DNA of 64,000 nt from an uncultured Balneolaceae bacterium (GTDB lineage: Bacteria > Bacteroidota > Rhodothermia > Balneolales > Balneolaceae), in NCBI GenBank assembly GCA_964413935.1, contig CAYPTY010000016.1:1086-65085 (forward strand). The letters run 5' to 3'. Shown piece after piece: positions 47,011 through 57,321 of the stretch. Both the position numbers and the translations under genes were made by a program. How positions within the stretch are numbered: the first letter of the stretch is position 1; every line of letters starts with the position of its first letter. The notes under the pieces are model-generated. The model was not told the origin of the DNA. It searched no databases and saw only the letters and a list, made by a program, of their open reading frames with translations.

Positions 47011-48706
47011 TTTATTCCTTCATTTCAGTGAGACCGCCCAGCAAATCATGCAGGCACGTGGCACCAATGCAAAAATCAGGATCTGTGCCGACTATTTTAC
47101 ACAACTGGATAACGCCCATCATGTTGGACTGGCGGCTCAGTTTTTTGGTGAGGGTGCCTTTTCTACGGCATCCGGTAAGCGGGCTTCGGTTGGACATCGA
47201 ACCATTGCCGCGCTGGCTGCTGAATTCTGTGAAATTGACTATGAACGGGTCTTCAGGCCCTGCCGTACAGCAACAGGTTCATCATCTGAGACCATTGAAA
47301 AACTATTCCGGAATCTACCAGCAGCTGTCAGCAAAATGCAGCCTGAACAGTTCAGTCTTGATGATGTAGACAAAATTACAGAACAGCTTTACCTCAGCTC
47401 AAAGCGTGAACAAAAGCAGTCCATTTTACTGGATACCTGGAAAGGCATGACCCCGCTGGAAGTCAAGTATTTTATTAGGATCCTTGGGCAGGGATCCTTG
47501 CGTATTGGATTTGAGTCTAAAAGTGTGGTCAGTGCCATCTCAAAGGCATTTGACCATGATCCGGAAGAAGTCCGATTTGTTCATATGCTCAGTGGGAGTC
47601 TTGCTGAAACGGCAAGTATGGCCAAAATCAATCAATTGGATGATGCCAGGTTTCAGTTATTCAGTCCGGTCGCTTTTATGCTGGCCTCCCCTATCGAAAG
47701 CAGATCGGTTGAAAATATTCAGGCTTATATAGCTGAGGAGAAATTTGATGGGATGCGTTGCCAGGCACATATCGATGGGCAAAAAGTTGCACTATTTTCA
47801 CGCGATCTCAACGATATCAGCTCTTCCTTTCCAGAAGTTGTTGAATTTCTGACTAAGAAGAATATCCCTGCTACAGTTTTTGACGGAGAAATTTGTGTTT
47901 TCAAAGACGATACCATTCTGCCCTTCCAGCTCCTGCAAAAGAGAATGGGCGTCAAAAAACCCTCAAATAAATTACTGACAGAATACCCGGTCCTATTTAT
48001 AGCCTATGATATCCTGTATTTCGATGGTGATACCTTATTCGAGAAAACGCTTACCGAACGCAGGAAGCTGTTGGAAGAGGTATGCGAGTCATTTCAGATA
48101 CCCATCACCACACAAAAGTCACTTAGGGATTCTGATGAGGTAGAACAACTTTTCGATCTGGCACTGAAACATGGAAATGAAGGATTAATGCTCAAGCATA
48201 GAGACTCTCTCTATGAATACGGACAGCGCAGGAAATCATGGCTGAAGGTAAAGCAACCCAGTGGCTCCATAGATACCGTTATCCTGTATGCCCACGCCGG
48301 GAGCGGAAAACGAGGCGGCACCTATTCGGATTTTACTCTGGGCATCTCCGTTAAAGACGATGAACGCTACGAGGAGGAATTCATCCCCATCGGAAAAGCT
48401 TATGGGGGATATTCCAACGAAGAACTGGCTGAAATAAACAAACGCATCAAAAATCTTACGCTTGAGAAATTTGGACCTACCTTGCTCCTAAAACCGGAAA
48501 TCGTGGTAGAACTGGAGTTTGATGATATACAGGTTAACAAAAGAACCAAAGCCAAATACACCCTTCGTTTACCGCGCTTCAAAGCTATTCGCTGGGATCT
48601 GTCCCCATCCGATGCCGATGATTTAAAACATGTGGAGAAGCTCTATCAACAAAAGCTGGATCAGCAGAGACTTAAGCAAATGAATAACCCATCATTTGTT
48701 ATTTAA
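47003..48706 (+). CDS. ATP-dependent DNA ligase (ligase-associated repair set)
   Basis: 567 aa with adenylation motif I (EEKFDGMR), later GLMLK and SWLKVK motifs, and an OB-fold C-terminus. It overlaps the upstream gene by 8 nt. Confidence 0.9.
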   Translation: MTDLFLHFSETAQQIMQARGTNAKIRICADYFTQLDNAHHVGLAAQFFGEGAFSTASGKRASVGHRTIAALAAEFCEIDYERVFRPCRTATGSSSETIEKLFRNLPAAVSKMQPEQFSLDDVDKITEQLYLSSKREQKQSILLDTWKGMTPLEVKYFIRILGQGSLRIGFESKSVVSAISKAFDHDPEEVRFVHMLSGSLAETASMAKINQLDDARFQLFSPVAFMLASPIESRSVENIQAYIAEEKFDGMRCQAHIDGQKVALFSRDLNDISSSFPEVVEFLTKKNIPATVFDGEICVFKDDTILPFQLLQKRMGVKKPSNKLLTEYPVLFIAYDILYFDGDTLFEKTLTERRKLLEEVCESFQIPITTQKSLRDSDEVEQLFDLALKHGNEGLMLKHRDSLYEYGQRRKSWLKVKQPSGSIDTVILYAHAGSGKRGGTYSDFTLGISVKDDERYEEEFIPIGKAYGGYSNEELAEINKRIKNLTLEKFGPTLLLKPEIVVELEFDDIQVNKRTKAKYTLRLPRFKAIRWDLSPSDADDLKHVEKLYQQKLDQQRLKQMNNPSFVI

Positions 48707-48802
48707 ACATCAAATTACTTCAATTTTAAAGTATTTAACAATTCTGAGGATTGATGGTCCCGATTTTATAGTTTTGATAGCCTAATACAATAAAATCTGA
48801 CT

Positions 48803-50113
48803 ATGATTCTCAAAAACGTTCGCTCTTCATTCATTTTAGCCGGGATACTTCTCATCACTGCATCCTGCGGTGATTCCGAGAAGAGTACCCCTCAGCAAAC
48901 CGGCAATGCCGTTATTCCGGCCGTTGAAGCCGTCGAAGCTCGATATGGCGCCTTACCCCTGGTTGAAAGATTCAGCGGAAACGTGCGCGCTGAAAATCAG
49001 GTACCCCTCTTTCCAGAAATCAATGGGGTAGTTGAAGCCGTTTATGTGGAAAACGGTGCATTTGTAGAGAAAGGTCAGAAACTCATCGAACTGGATGATC
49101 GCCAGCTGAAACAGAGAGTACAACAAGCCGAGGCCGGATTAAGAATTTCTCAAGCCAGACTAAAGCAAGCTAAAGCGAACTATGCTGAGCTCGACGCCCA
49201 GTATAAAAGAACCAAACAACTGGCAGATAAAGAATTAAGTAGTCAGTTGGAGCTGGAACAGCTTTCTGCACAGCTTCAATCAGCTGAGGCGAATGTGGAA
49301 CTGGCACAAGCAGAACTAGACCAGTCGCTGGCGCTGGTGAACGAACGAAAAGAACAACTTGACCAGACTGTGATTAGGGCTCCCATCTCAGGGACTGTGG
49401 GTCAACGTAATGCCCAGGTAGGGATGCAGGTGAATAATACAACCCAGCTCTTTATGCTTGGTGATCTTTCAAAACTTCGTATTGAAATCGTTTTGACCGA
49501 AAGCATGCTCAGCAAAATCAAAAAAGGTCAAAGAGCACAAATCATTGTTGAAGATGAAAACGGTATCAAACGGGGAATCAATGCCGAACTCTCCCGCATT
49601 TCCCCCTTCCTGAACGAAATTACCCGAAGCACCGAAGCTGAAATTGATCTGGAAAATAAAGACAATCTGCTTAAGCCCGGTATGTTTGTACCGGTTGACG
49701 TTTTCTTCGGGGAGAGTCAGCAGGCCACACTTATCCCCGAAAGTGCGATTTTCACCGATCCAACGAATGGTAAGGTAGGTGTGTATGTGGTTTCCTCAAT
49801 TGGAACTGAAATTGAACCTGTGAGTGAAGGCTCTGAAGATACTCCCGCCGCTCTGACAGCCCCAACCCCGGTCAGCTTCAAAGAGATCAGCATTATCGCA
49901 AGAGGTCGTATGCAGGTTGGTGTTGCAGGAGTTGAAAGTGGCCAGTGGGTTGTTACCATCGGCCAGGATTTGCTCTCTGAAGGACGTGAACAAGCACGTG
50001 TGCGCACCAGCAGCTGGGATAAAATCATGAGATTACAAAGCCTCCAGCGAGAAGATCTTCTGGATGAAGTGATGAGTGAAAAAAAAGAACAGCAGCCCCA
50101 AACTACACTCTAA
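48803..50113 (+). CDS. RND efflux periplasmic adaptor subunit
   Basis: Lipoprotein signal (LITASC), a long coiled-coil hairpin region and beta-barrel motifs (IRAPISGTVG). Confidence 0.88.
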   Translation: MILKNVRSSFILAGILLITASCGDSEKSTPQQTGNAVIPAVEAVEARYGALPLVERFSGNVRAENQVPLFPEINGVVEAVYVENGAFVEKGQKLIELDDRQLKQRVQQAEAGLRISQARLKQAKANYAELDAQYKRTKQLADKELSSQLELEQLSAQLQSAEANVELAQAELDQSLALVNERKEQLDQTVIRAPISGTVGQRNAQVGMQVNNTTQLFMLGDLSKLRIEIVLTESMLSKIKKGQRAQIIVEDENGIKRGINAELSRISPFLNEITRSTEAEIDLENKDNLLKPGMFVPVDVFFGESQQATLIPESAIFTDPTNGKVGVYVVSSIGTEIEPVSEGSEDTPAALTAPTPVSFKEISIIARGRMQVGVAGVESGQWVVTIGQDLLSEGREQARVRTSSWDKIMRLQSLQREDLLDEVMSEKKEQQPQTTL

Positions 50114-50124
50114 GGAATTAGCTC

Positions 50125-53100
50125 ATGCCCATTACAGAAAAATCAATCGACCGCCCTATCGCGACGTCGATGGTCTTCCTGATCATCGTCATTATTGGTA
50201 TTCTCGGCTTTCGTTACCTGCCGGTGGATCTGCTTCCACCAATTGAGTATCCACAGCTCACCGTTGCTACGGAATACCCGAATGTGGGTCCTGAGGAAAT
50301 TGAAAAAATTATAACCGAACGCATTGAAAATGCTCTGGCCGGTGTACCTGGTGTGGAGCGTGTGCGTTCTAACTCTGAGGAAGGGAGCAGCCGGGTAACG
50401 CTTGAATTTGCTCAGGGTGTGGATGTGGATGTAGCCGCAAATGATGTGCGCGCAGCACTGGACCGCGTCCGGGATGAAATTCCTCCAGAAGCGGAACCGC
50501 CACGTATCTGGAAATTTGACCCTAATAACTTCCCGGTTGTTATCGTTGGGGCTAACTCCGATATGAATCTGGCTGACCTGACGGTTGTCCTGGATCGGGA
50601 AATCACCAAACGTTTTGAACAAATTGATGGTGTTGGCTCTATTGATATCTGGGGTGGTATTAATCGAGAAGTTAAAGTAGATATCATCCGGGACCGCCTG
50701 ATTGCCAGCGGACTATCTACTGCACAGGTTCAGCAGGCTATTGCCAGTGAAAATGCCAACCTTCCCGGTGGTAATGTTAATTCAGGTGTTCAGAGATTAT
50801 ATGTACGCACGCTTGGTGAATACAAAACCATCGATGAAATAGCCAACACGGTTATTACTACGGTAGATCAGAAACCAATTCGGGTTAAAGATGTGGCTGA
50901 AGTTTACTTCGGATATCAGGATCTGGATCGGGTTGTGACTATAGATGAGAAACCGATGGTGCGATTTGGTATCCGTAAACAAACCGGTGCGAACACAGTT
51001 GCTGTGGCTGAGGAAATCCGCCAGGAAGTACAAAGAATCAATACTGAACGGAATGATATGCAGCTCTTTGTAACCACAGACCAGAGTGAATTTATTCAGA
51101 GCTCGATAGATAATGTTCAAAGCTCGGCAATGTGGGGTGCACTGCTGGCAGTGGTAGTTCTCTATGTTTTCTTCCGAAACGGATCATCCACCTTCATCAT
51201 CGCAGTCTCGATTCCTATTTCCATCATTGCAACCTTTGCCCTGCTCTATTTCAATAATCTGACACTGAATCAGATGAGTTTTGGCGGACTTGCACTGGGT
51301 GTCGGCCTTATTGTAGATAACGCTATTGTGGTGCTAGAGAATATCATCCGAATGCGGGAAGAGGAAGGTAAAGACCTTAGAACAAGTGCCCTGATCGGGA
51401 CCAAGCAGGTTGCCGGAGCCATCATAGCTTCTACCCTCACTACTTCCGTGATCTTTCTGCCTGTAGTGTTTATGCAAACCATATCCGGACTGCTATTTAA
51501 ACAGCTGGCACTGGTGGTTGTTTTCGCTCTGGTTTGTTCCCTGCTCGTTGCCCTTACACTGGTACCCATGCTTTCAAGTCGTTTTCTGTCTGTTAAAGCA
51601 ACAAACCGTGGCGAAGCCAAAATGAGCCGCTTCCAAAAATTCTTTCAGAATCTGGAAAACTCCTACTCCGGTTATATCCGCATCATCTTGCGTCATAAAG
51701 CAACCGTATTCGGAGTGGTAACGGCCGCCGTGGTTGCCTGCTTTCTGCTTCTGCCCAGTATTCCGGTTGAGCTTGCCCCTCAAACCGATGCCGATGAAAT
51801 TGATATTGATCTCATAATGGCCGACGGTACCAATATTGCCGTGCAAAACCTTTACCTGAAGGAGCTCGAGGAAATTGTTCGTGCCACGGTTCCAATGAAT
51901 AACGTAAAGAACCTGACAACAGATGTTCGTGATGGACGCGCTGAGGTTGAGATTTCTATGGTACCGGCTTCAATGAGAAGTCAGTCCACATCTGAGCTGG
52001 CTGATGAGATTCGGAAGAATGTAGAAGGTGTTATCCCCGGGGCTGACATCCGCGTTTCTGCCCAATCCGGACTATGGATCCTGCGCCGTGTATTCGGTGG
52101 TAGCAGCGACAACGAAGCCATTCAGCTTGAGCTCAGAGGCTACGATATGGAAAAAGCCTATGAAATTGCTCAGGAAATGAAGTTGCAGATTGAACAAGTG
52201 CCAGGAATTACAGGAACACGTGTCGGACGCAGCGAGGGTACTCCTGAACAACAAATTATTTTTGACCGGGAGCGTATTGCCGATCTTGGGCTATCGGTGA
52301 ATGATGTAGCATCCATTCTCCAGACCAATATCGGGGGTACACGGGCAGGTTCATTCCGGGTAGGTGGGGATGAGTTCCCAATCACGGTCCGTCTCCGTCC
52401 GGAAGACCGTCTAAGCTCTCTCGATCTTGATAACATTTCAATCCGCACACCCGGCGGAGAAGTGATTCCGGTTTCATCCGTAATTCAGAAAAACCTCGGC
52501 CGTGGTCCTGAACAAGTGAGCCGTATTAATGGCCAGCGTGTGACCAATATAACTGCAAATCTGGAAAGTGGTATTCCGCTTGGGGATGCTGTTGCATCCA
52601 TTCAGGAAAAGCTGGCTGATTACCCTCTCCCCGAGGGTTTCTCACTAGTCTTCTCAGGGGAATATCAGGAACAGCAGGAAGCAGCTAAAGACTTCCAGCT
52701 GTCCATTCTCATGGCTATTATTCTCATCTACATGGTAATGGCCGGGCAGTTCGAGCGATTCTTTGATCCCATCGTGGTTATGTTTTCCGTACCACTGGCA
52801 GTGATCGGTGTAGTTCCAACCCTGCTACTGACCGGAACCACCCTCAACATACAAAGCTTAATGGGCGTGATTATGCTTATCGGTATTGTGGTGAATAATG
52901 CCATTGTTCTGGTGGATTACATCAATCTGATGCGCCGCGAGAAAGGCATGTCGGTTGTAGACGCCGTAATAGAAGCAGGCCGCCTAAGACTTCGTCCGAT
53001 TTTGATGACCACCCTGACTACCATTCTCGGGTTGATGCCGCTCTCTTTTGGCCTTGGCGCCGGTGCTGAAATTCAAGCCTCTCTGGCCAGAGTGGTGATT

Positions 53101-53244
53101 GGTGGACTGACCGCATCTACCCTGGTTACACTGGTATTTATTCCGGTTGTTTATGTGACGATGGATCGGTTACTTGACAAGGCGAAAGCCGTTAGCTGGA
53201 ATCCTTTCGGTAAATCTGCTGATCTGGAATTGGCCAAGTCATAA
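50125..53244 (+). CDS. RND efflux transporter permease (AcrB family)
   Basis: 1039 aa with a 12-TM architecture, two large periplasmic loops and the GLIVDNAIVVLENI motif. Confidence 0.95.
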   Translation: MPITEKSIDRPIATSMVFLIIVIIGILGFRYLPVDLLPPIEYPQLTVATEYPNVGPEEIEKIITERIENALAGVPGVERVRSNSEEGSSRVTLEFAQGVDVDVAANDVRAALDRVRDEIPPEAEPPRIWKFDPNNFPVVIVGANSDMNLADLTVVLDREITKRFEQIDGVGSIDIWGGINREVKVDIIRDRLIASGLSTAQVQQAIASENANLPGGNVNSGVQRLYVRTLGEYKTIDEIANTVITTVDQKPIRVKDVAEVYFGYQDLDRVVTIDEKPMVRFGIRKQTGANTVAVAEEIRQEVQRINTERNDMQLFVTTDQSEFIQSSIDNVQSSAMWGALLAVVVLYVFFRNGSSTFIIAVSIPISIIATFALLYFNNLTLNQMSFGGLALGVGLIVDNAIVVLENIIRMREEEGKDLRTSALIGTKQVAGAIIASTLTTSVIFLPVVFMQTISGLLFKQLALVVVFALVCSLLVALTLVPMLSSRFLSVKATNRGEAKMSRFQKFFQNLENSYSGYIRIILRHKATVFGVVTAAVVACFLLLPSIPVELAPQTDADEIDIDLIMADGTNIAVQNLYLKELEEIVRATVPMNNVKNLTTDVRDGRAEVEISMVPASMRSQSTSELADEIRKNVEGVIPGADIRVSAQSGLWILRRVFGGSSDNEAIQLELRGYDMEKAYEIAQEMKLQIEQVPGITGTRVGRSEGTPEQQIIFDRERIADLGLSVNDVASILQTNIGGTRAGSFRVGGDEFPITVRLRPEDRLSSLDLDNISIRTPGGEVIPVSSVIQKNLGRGPEQVSRINGQRVTNITANLESGIPLGDAVASIQEKLADYPLPEGFSLVFSGEYQEQQEAAKDFQLSILMAIILIYMVMAGQFERFFDPIVVMFSVPLAVIGVVPTLLLTGTTLNIQSLMGVIMLIGIVVNNAIVLVDYINLMRREKGMSVVDAVIEAGRLRLRPILMTTLTTILGLMPLSFGLGAGAEIQASLARVVIGGLTASTLVTLVFIPVVYVTMDRLLDKAKAVSWNPFGKSADLELAKS

Positions 53245-53270
53245 ACTGAAATCCTCATCATATTAGAACT

Positions 53271-54227
53271 ATGCACAGCTGGAAACTAAAGTCTGTGCCC
53301 CCGCACGACTGGTTCATTTGCCTGGATATAGACTCCTATTTCGATCACGAACATGAACCGGAGAAAATTTTCGAGGAAGGATATACCCGGCCCCTTCCTC
53401 TTCAGGACCGTGACATACTGGTTACAGTATTCTTCAATGGTGATCCGGAAAATCCCGAGTTTCAGATTGAAAGTCCGGAAGATCTCAGTGATAAAGAAGT
53501 TGAACAGGCAAATCGGGTTCTCGCACGAATATTAGGTACGAATCTTGACCTCAAACCGCTGTATGAAGCGGCATCGGATGATCCTGTTCTTGGCGAAAAG
53601 CTGATGAACACCTACGGTGTAAAGCGTATGGCCCGCGCTACTCTTTTTGATGATATTGTAAATCGCATTGTTCAGATGCAGATCCATCACGCGCCTACCG
53701 CCCGAAAAATGATGTATCGAGTGAGAGAGACTTACGGAACTGCCTTGCATTATCAGGGCAAAACCGTTGCCTGCTGGCCAAGACCACATCAGATTATGAA
53801 TGCGGATCCTGCCAATATTCGTAAACTGGGCCCAACTAAGCGAAAAGGGGAAAGTATCGCAGGTCTCGCCAGTGATATTGTAGCAGGCAACATCGACATA
53901 GAATTTCTGGATAAAACGGATCCCGTCACCTTTTATAACACGATCACAAAAGTAAAAGGAGTTGGTCCTACTTCCGCTCAGGATTTGATGATTTTCCGAA
54001 ACCGGCCCGATGCTGTTTTCCCATCCAACATCAAAAAAGGAGAAGAAAAGGGTCTGCGTAAGTGGATCATCCGCAGTTATGGAGGTGATCCGGATCATAC
54101 TCCTGAAGAAGATTTTCAGGAAATGATCAGTGCCTGGAAAGGGAATGAGGCACTGGCTATTGAATTTCTTTATGCCAACTGGATTCTGGACTGGAAGGAA
54201 CGTCAGGCTCAGAAAAAGGCTAAATAA
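53271..54227 (+). CDS. HhH-GPD superfamily protein (AlkA-like DNA glycosylase family), catalytic residue unclear
   Basis: Helix-hairpin-helix motif ITKVKGVGPTSAQDLMIF followed by RNRPDAVFP, with an N-terminal AlkA_N-like region. See the finding on the missing canonical Asp. Confidence 0.6.
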   Translation: MHSWKLKSVPPHDWFICLDIDSYFDHEHEPEKIFEEGYTRPLPLQDRDILVTVFFNGDPENPEFQIESPEDLSDKEVEQANRVLARILGTNLDLKPLYEAASDDPVLGEKLMNTYGVKRMARATLFDDIVNRIVQMQIHHAPTARKMMYRVRETYGTALHYQGKTVACWPRPHQIMNADPANIRKLGPTKRKGESIAGLASDIVAGNIDIEFLDKTDPVTFYNTITKVKGVGPTSAQDLMIFRNRPDAVFPSNIKKGEEKGLRKWIIRSYGGDPDHTPEEDFQEMISAWKGNEALAIEFLYANWILDWKERQAQKKAK

Positions 54228-54241
54228 AAACTTCCGGACAT

Positions 54242-54270
54242 AAAAAAAGCCCCGGCAAAACCGGGGCTTA
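54242..54270 (-). terminator. Intrinsic terminator after groEL
   Basis: Stem AGCCCCGG / CCGGGGCT with a 5-nt loop, followed on the minus strand by a T7 run. Confidence 0.8.
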
Positions 54271-54298
54271 GTCATTTGATGAGTTTCAATGGCAATGA

Positions 54299-55936
54299 TT
54301 ACATCATGCCGCCCATTCCGCCCATGTCTGGCATGGCCGGAGCAGCGGGACCATTGTTCTCTTCTGGCTTCTCTGAAACCACAGCCTCTGTGGTGAGCAG
54401 CAATCCGGCAACTGAAGCAGCATTTTCAAGTGCTGTTCGGGTTACTTTAGTCGGATCGATGACACCGGCTTTGATTAGATCCTCAAACACTTCGGTTCGG
54501 GCATTGTAACCGTACGCGCCTTTTCCTTCCAGAACTTTTTGAACAATCACAGCGCCTTCTACACCGGCATTGTCAGAAATGGTTCTTAATGGAGCTTCAA
54601 TCGCTCTTCGGATAATAACGAAACCAACGGCTTCATCTTCATTTTCAGCCTCAAGACCATCAAGGGCAGAAGCTGTTCTCAGCAGGGCAACACCACCACC
54701 AGGAACAATACCTTCCTCAACGGCAGCTCGGGTTGCATGCAGAGCATCTTCAACTCGGGCTTTCTTTTCTTTCATTTCAACTTCAGATGCAGCACCGATG
54801 TAAAGAACGGCAACGCCGCCACTTAATTTGGCAAGACGTTCCTGCAGTTTTTCACGGTCATAATCAGAAGTTGTACTCTCGATCTGAGATTTGATCTGGT
54901 TTACACGCGCTTTGATATCGTCCTCAGAACCGGCACCATCTACAATAATGGTGTTGTCTTTGTCGATAGTCACACGTGAAGCCTGACCCAGGAAGTCGAG
55001 AGTTGCGTTTTCCAGTTTGTAACCGCGTTCCTCAGAAATGACGGTACCGCCAGTAAGAATAGCGATATCTTCCAGCATTGCTTTTCTGCGATCGCCAAAG
55101 CCTGGGGCTTTAACAGCTGCAATTTTGAGTGAACCGCGAAGCTTGTTGACTACCAGGGTAGCAAGGGCTTCACCTTCAACATCCTCAGCGAGGATAAGCA
55201 ATGGCTTACCGGTCTGAATTACTTTTTCCAGTACTGGAAGCAGGTCTTTCATGTTGGAAATCTTCTTGTCGAAGATGAGAATGTACGGCTGCTCAAGATC
55301 AGCCGTCATGTTGTCAGAATTGGTCACGAAATATGGAGAAAGGTAACCGCGGTCGAACTGCATACCTTCAACCGTTTCGAGGTTAGTTTCGGTACCTTTG
55401 GCTTCTTCAACAGTGATTACACCATCTTTACCAACTTTCTCCATGGCGTCTGCAATCAGATTACCGATGGTTTCGTCGTTATTGGCAGAAATGGTACCAA
55501 CCTGCGCAATCTCAGAACGATCCTGAATGTCATTAGACTGCTTTTTTAGCTCCTCAACAATAGCCGTAACGGCTTTGTCGATTCCCCGCTTCAGATCCAT
55601 TGGATTGGCACCAGCAGTTACGTTTTTGAGTCCCTGGCTCACAATAGCCTGAGCAAGCACGGTTGCGGTAGTTGTACCGTCGCCGGCATTGTCAGAAGTC
55701 TTGGAAGCAACTTCTTTAACCATTTGAGCTCCCATGTTCTCTACTTTGTCATCCAGTTCAATCTCTTTGGCCACAGTAACACCATCTTTGGTTACAGTGG
55801 GTGCGCCAAACGATTTTTCGATGACAACATTACGACCGCGTGGGCCAAGCGTTACCTTTACAGCATTCGCTAATTTGTCCACACCCCGTTTCAGTGCATC
55901 ACGGGCTTCAATATCATAGTGAACTAATTTAGGCAT
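54299..55936 (-). CDS. groL: Chaperonin GroEL
   Basis: 545 aa with [14 protein letters not shown], the [11 protein letters not shown] motif and a C-terminal GGMGGMM tail. Confidence 0.98.
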   Translation of the reverse strand: MPKLVHYDIEARDALKRGVDKLANAVKVTLGPRGRNVVIEKSFGAPTVTKDGVTVAKEIELDDKVENMGAQMVKEVASKTSDNAGDGTTTATVLAQAIVSQGLKNVTAGANPMDLKRGIDKAVTAIVEELKKQSNDIQDRSEIAQVGTISANNDETIGNLIADAMEKVGKDGVITVEEAKGTETNLETVEGMQFDRGYLSPYFVTNSDNMTADLEQPYILIFDKKISNMKDLLPVLEKVIQTGKPLLILAEDVEGEALATLVVNKLRGSLKIAAVKAPGFGDRRKAMLEDIAILTGGTVISEERGYKLENATLDFLGQASRVTIDKDNTIIVDGAGSEDDIKARVNQIKSQIESTTSDYDREKLQERLAKLSGGVAVLYIGAASEVEMKEKKARVEDALHATRAAVEEGIVPGGGVALLRTASALDGLEAENEDEAVGFVIIRRAIEAPLRTISDNAGVEGAVIVQKVLEGKGAYGYNARTEVFEDLIKAGVIDPTKVTRTALENAASVAGLLLTTEAVVSEKPEENNGPAAPAMPDMGGMGGMM

Positions 55937-55982
55937 AGTTATTTCCTTTTATTTTTTAGTTGATGAATTTATTTCGAAGAGC

Positions 55983-56270
55983 TTAGGAGATGATTCCCAT
56001 GATATCGGATTCTCTCATAATCAGGTATTCTTCTCCATCGAGAGTTACCTCAGTACCGGAGTACTTTCCGTACAGAACCTGATCCCCCGCTTTAACCGTC
56101 ATTTCGGTTTTTACACCGTTTTCGACTTTACCGGGTCCGACAGCTACAACAGTTCCTTGTTGTGGTTTTTCTTTTGCTGTATCCGGAATGATGATTCCGG
56201 AGCTGGTTACTTCTTCGGCAGCATCTGCCTGAACCAGAACTCGATCACCAAGAGGTTTAATACTAGCCAT
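55983..56270 (-). CDS. groS: Co-chaperonin GroES
   Basis: 95 aa beginning [10 protein letters not shown], with an AAGGAG SD upstream. Confidence 0.97.
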   Translation of the reverse strand: MASIKPLGDRVLVQADAAEEVTSSGIIIPDTAKEKPQQGTVVAVGPGKVENGVKTEMTVKAGDQVLYGKYSGTEVTLDGEEYLIMRESDIMGIIS

Positions 56271-56439
56271 TTATTATGACTCCTTAGTTTTTGTTAAGAT
56301 TTGAGTTTAAAATCATTCCCTGCGTAATAAGCAAGTACCGTACCAAAAGCTGCTATTACCTTGAATGCCCGCCTATTTTTAATGAACACAGGCTAAGTCC
56401 TGTAAATGAAGCAAAACCGTTTTTAATTAGTGACAGAAA

Positions 56440-57216
56440 TCAGGATAAAATGCCATGTTCTTCAAGTCGAACTGTCAACTTTTCATATTCTTCGGGCGAC
56501 CAGTTTTCAGCCCTCAGGTCAAAATCAAATTCTGGAGGTTGTTGATCTCCAAGTACCGGCTTCAGGGCATTGGAGAGTTTTTTTCTTCGTTGGTTAAAGG
56601 CTGTTCTGACCACCTTTTTAAGGTTTGCCATTTTGCAGCCCAATTCCCTGTTCTTAAAAGTTAATTCGATCACACTACTTTCAACTTTGGGAGGAGGACT
56701 GAACGAATGAGGTGAGACATGAAAAAGGATTTGGGGCTCACTCATCAACTGGCACTGCACCGATAGGATGCCATAATCTTTGGTGTTTGGCTCCGACACA
56801 ATACGCTGAGCAACCTCTTTCTGAATCATGAAGTAGGCTTTGTCAAAAAGATGACGTTCATCAAGTACTGAAAATAAAATGGGACTGCTGATGTAATAAG
56901 GAAGATTTCCAATAACCACCCCTTTTCCTTTTTTTAGGTCGATGAGTGTATTCCAGTCTACCTTCAGCACATCTTCAGCCACGATGTTAAGCCCCGGATA
57001 TTTTTGCTCCAGCAGTTCAATGGCCCGCTTGTCAATTTCAACCACAGATAGTCCAGGATATTTACTATAGAGAAACTCTGTAAGTGCCCCCGTACCCGGT
57101 CCGATTTCAATCAGCTGTTGATCCGGTTTTGCATCAATACTGTTATATATTTTCGAAATGATATTGCGGTCAGTCAGAAAATGCTGACCCAGGCTTTTTT
57201 TGGCTTTTATTGACAA
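56440..57216 (-). CDS. rsmA: 16S rRNA (adenine1518/1519-N6)-dimethyltransferase
   Basis: LGQHFL start motif, SAM-binding IEIGPGTGALT and the NLPYYISSPI motif. Confidence 0.93.
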   Translation of the reverse strand: MSIKAKKSLGQHFLTDRNIISKIYNSIDAKPDQQLIEIGPGTGALTEFLYSKYPGLSVVEIDKRAIELLEQKYPGLNIVAEDVLKVDWNTLIDLKKGKGVVIGNLPYYISSPILFSVLDERHLFDKAYFMIQKEVAQRIVSEPNTKDYGILSVQCQLMSEPQILFHVSPHSFSPPPKVESSVIELTFKNRELGCKMANLKKVVRTAFNQRRKKLSNALKPVLGDQQPPEFDFDLRAENWSPEEYEKLTVRLEEHGILS

Positions 57217-57321
57217 ACTATGTTGATTTGGGAATGCTCAATATATGGATTCAGCTGCATACACCTATTATATTTTTAGTTACGTGATACGTATCTTGCT
57301 GTAATTAAATGCCTGAGGCTT

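Noticed and set aside
53532-54275. A 247-aa minus-strand ORF opposite the HhH-GPD gene
   Set aside because: The plus frame has a clear HhH motif and AlkA-like organisation. The minus ORF runs through the groEL terminator hairpin and has no recognisable features.
56271-56439. A CIRCE (HrcA) operator upstream of groES
   Set aside because: I looked for TTAGCACTC-N9-GAGTGCTAA or close variants on both strands and found none. Only a short ACAGG/CCTGT hairpin is present.
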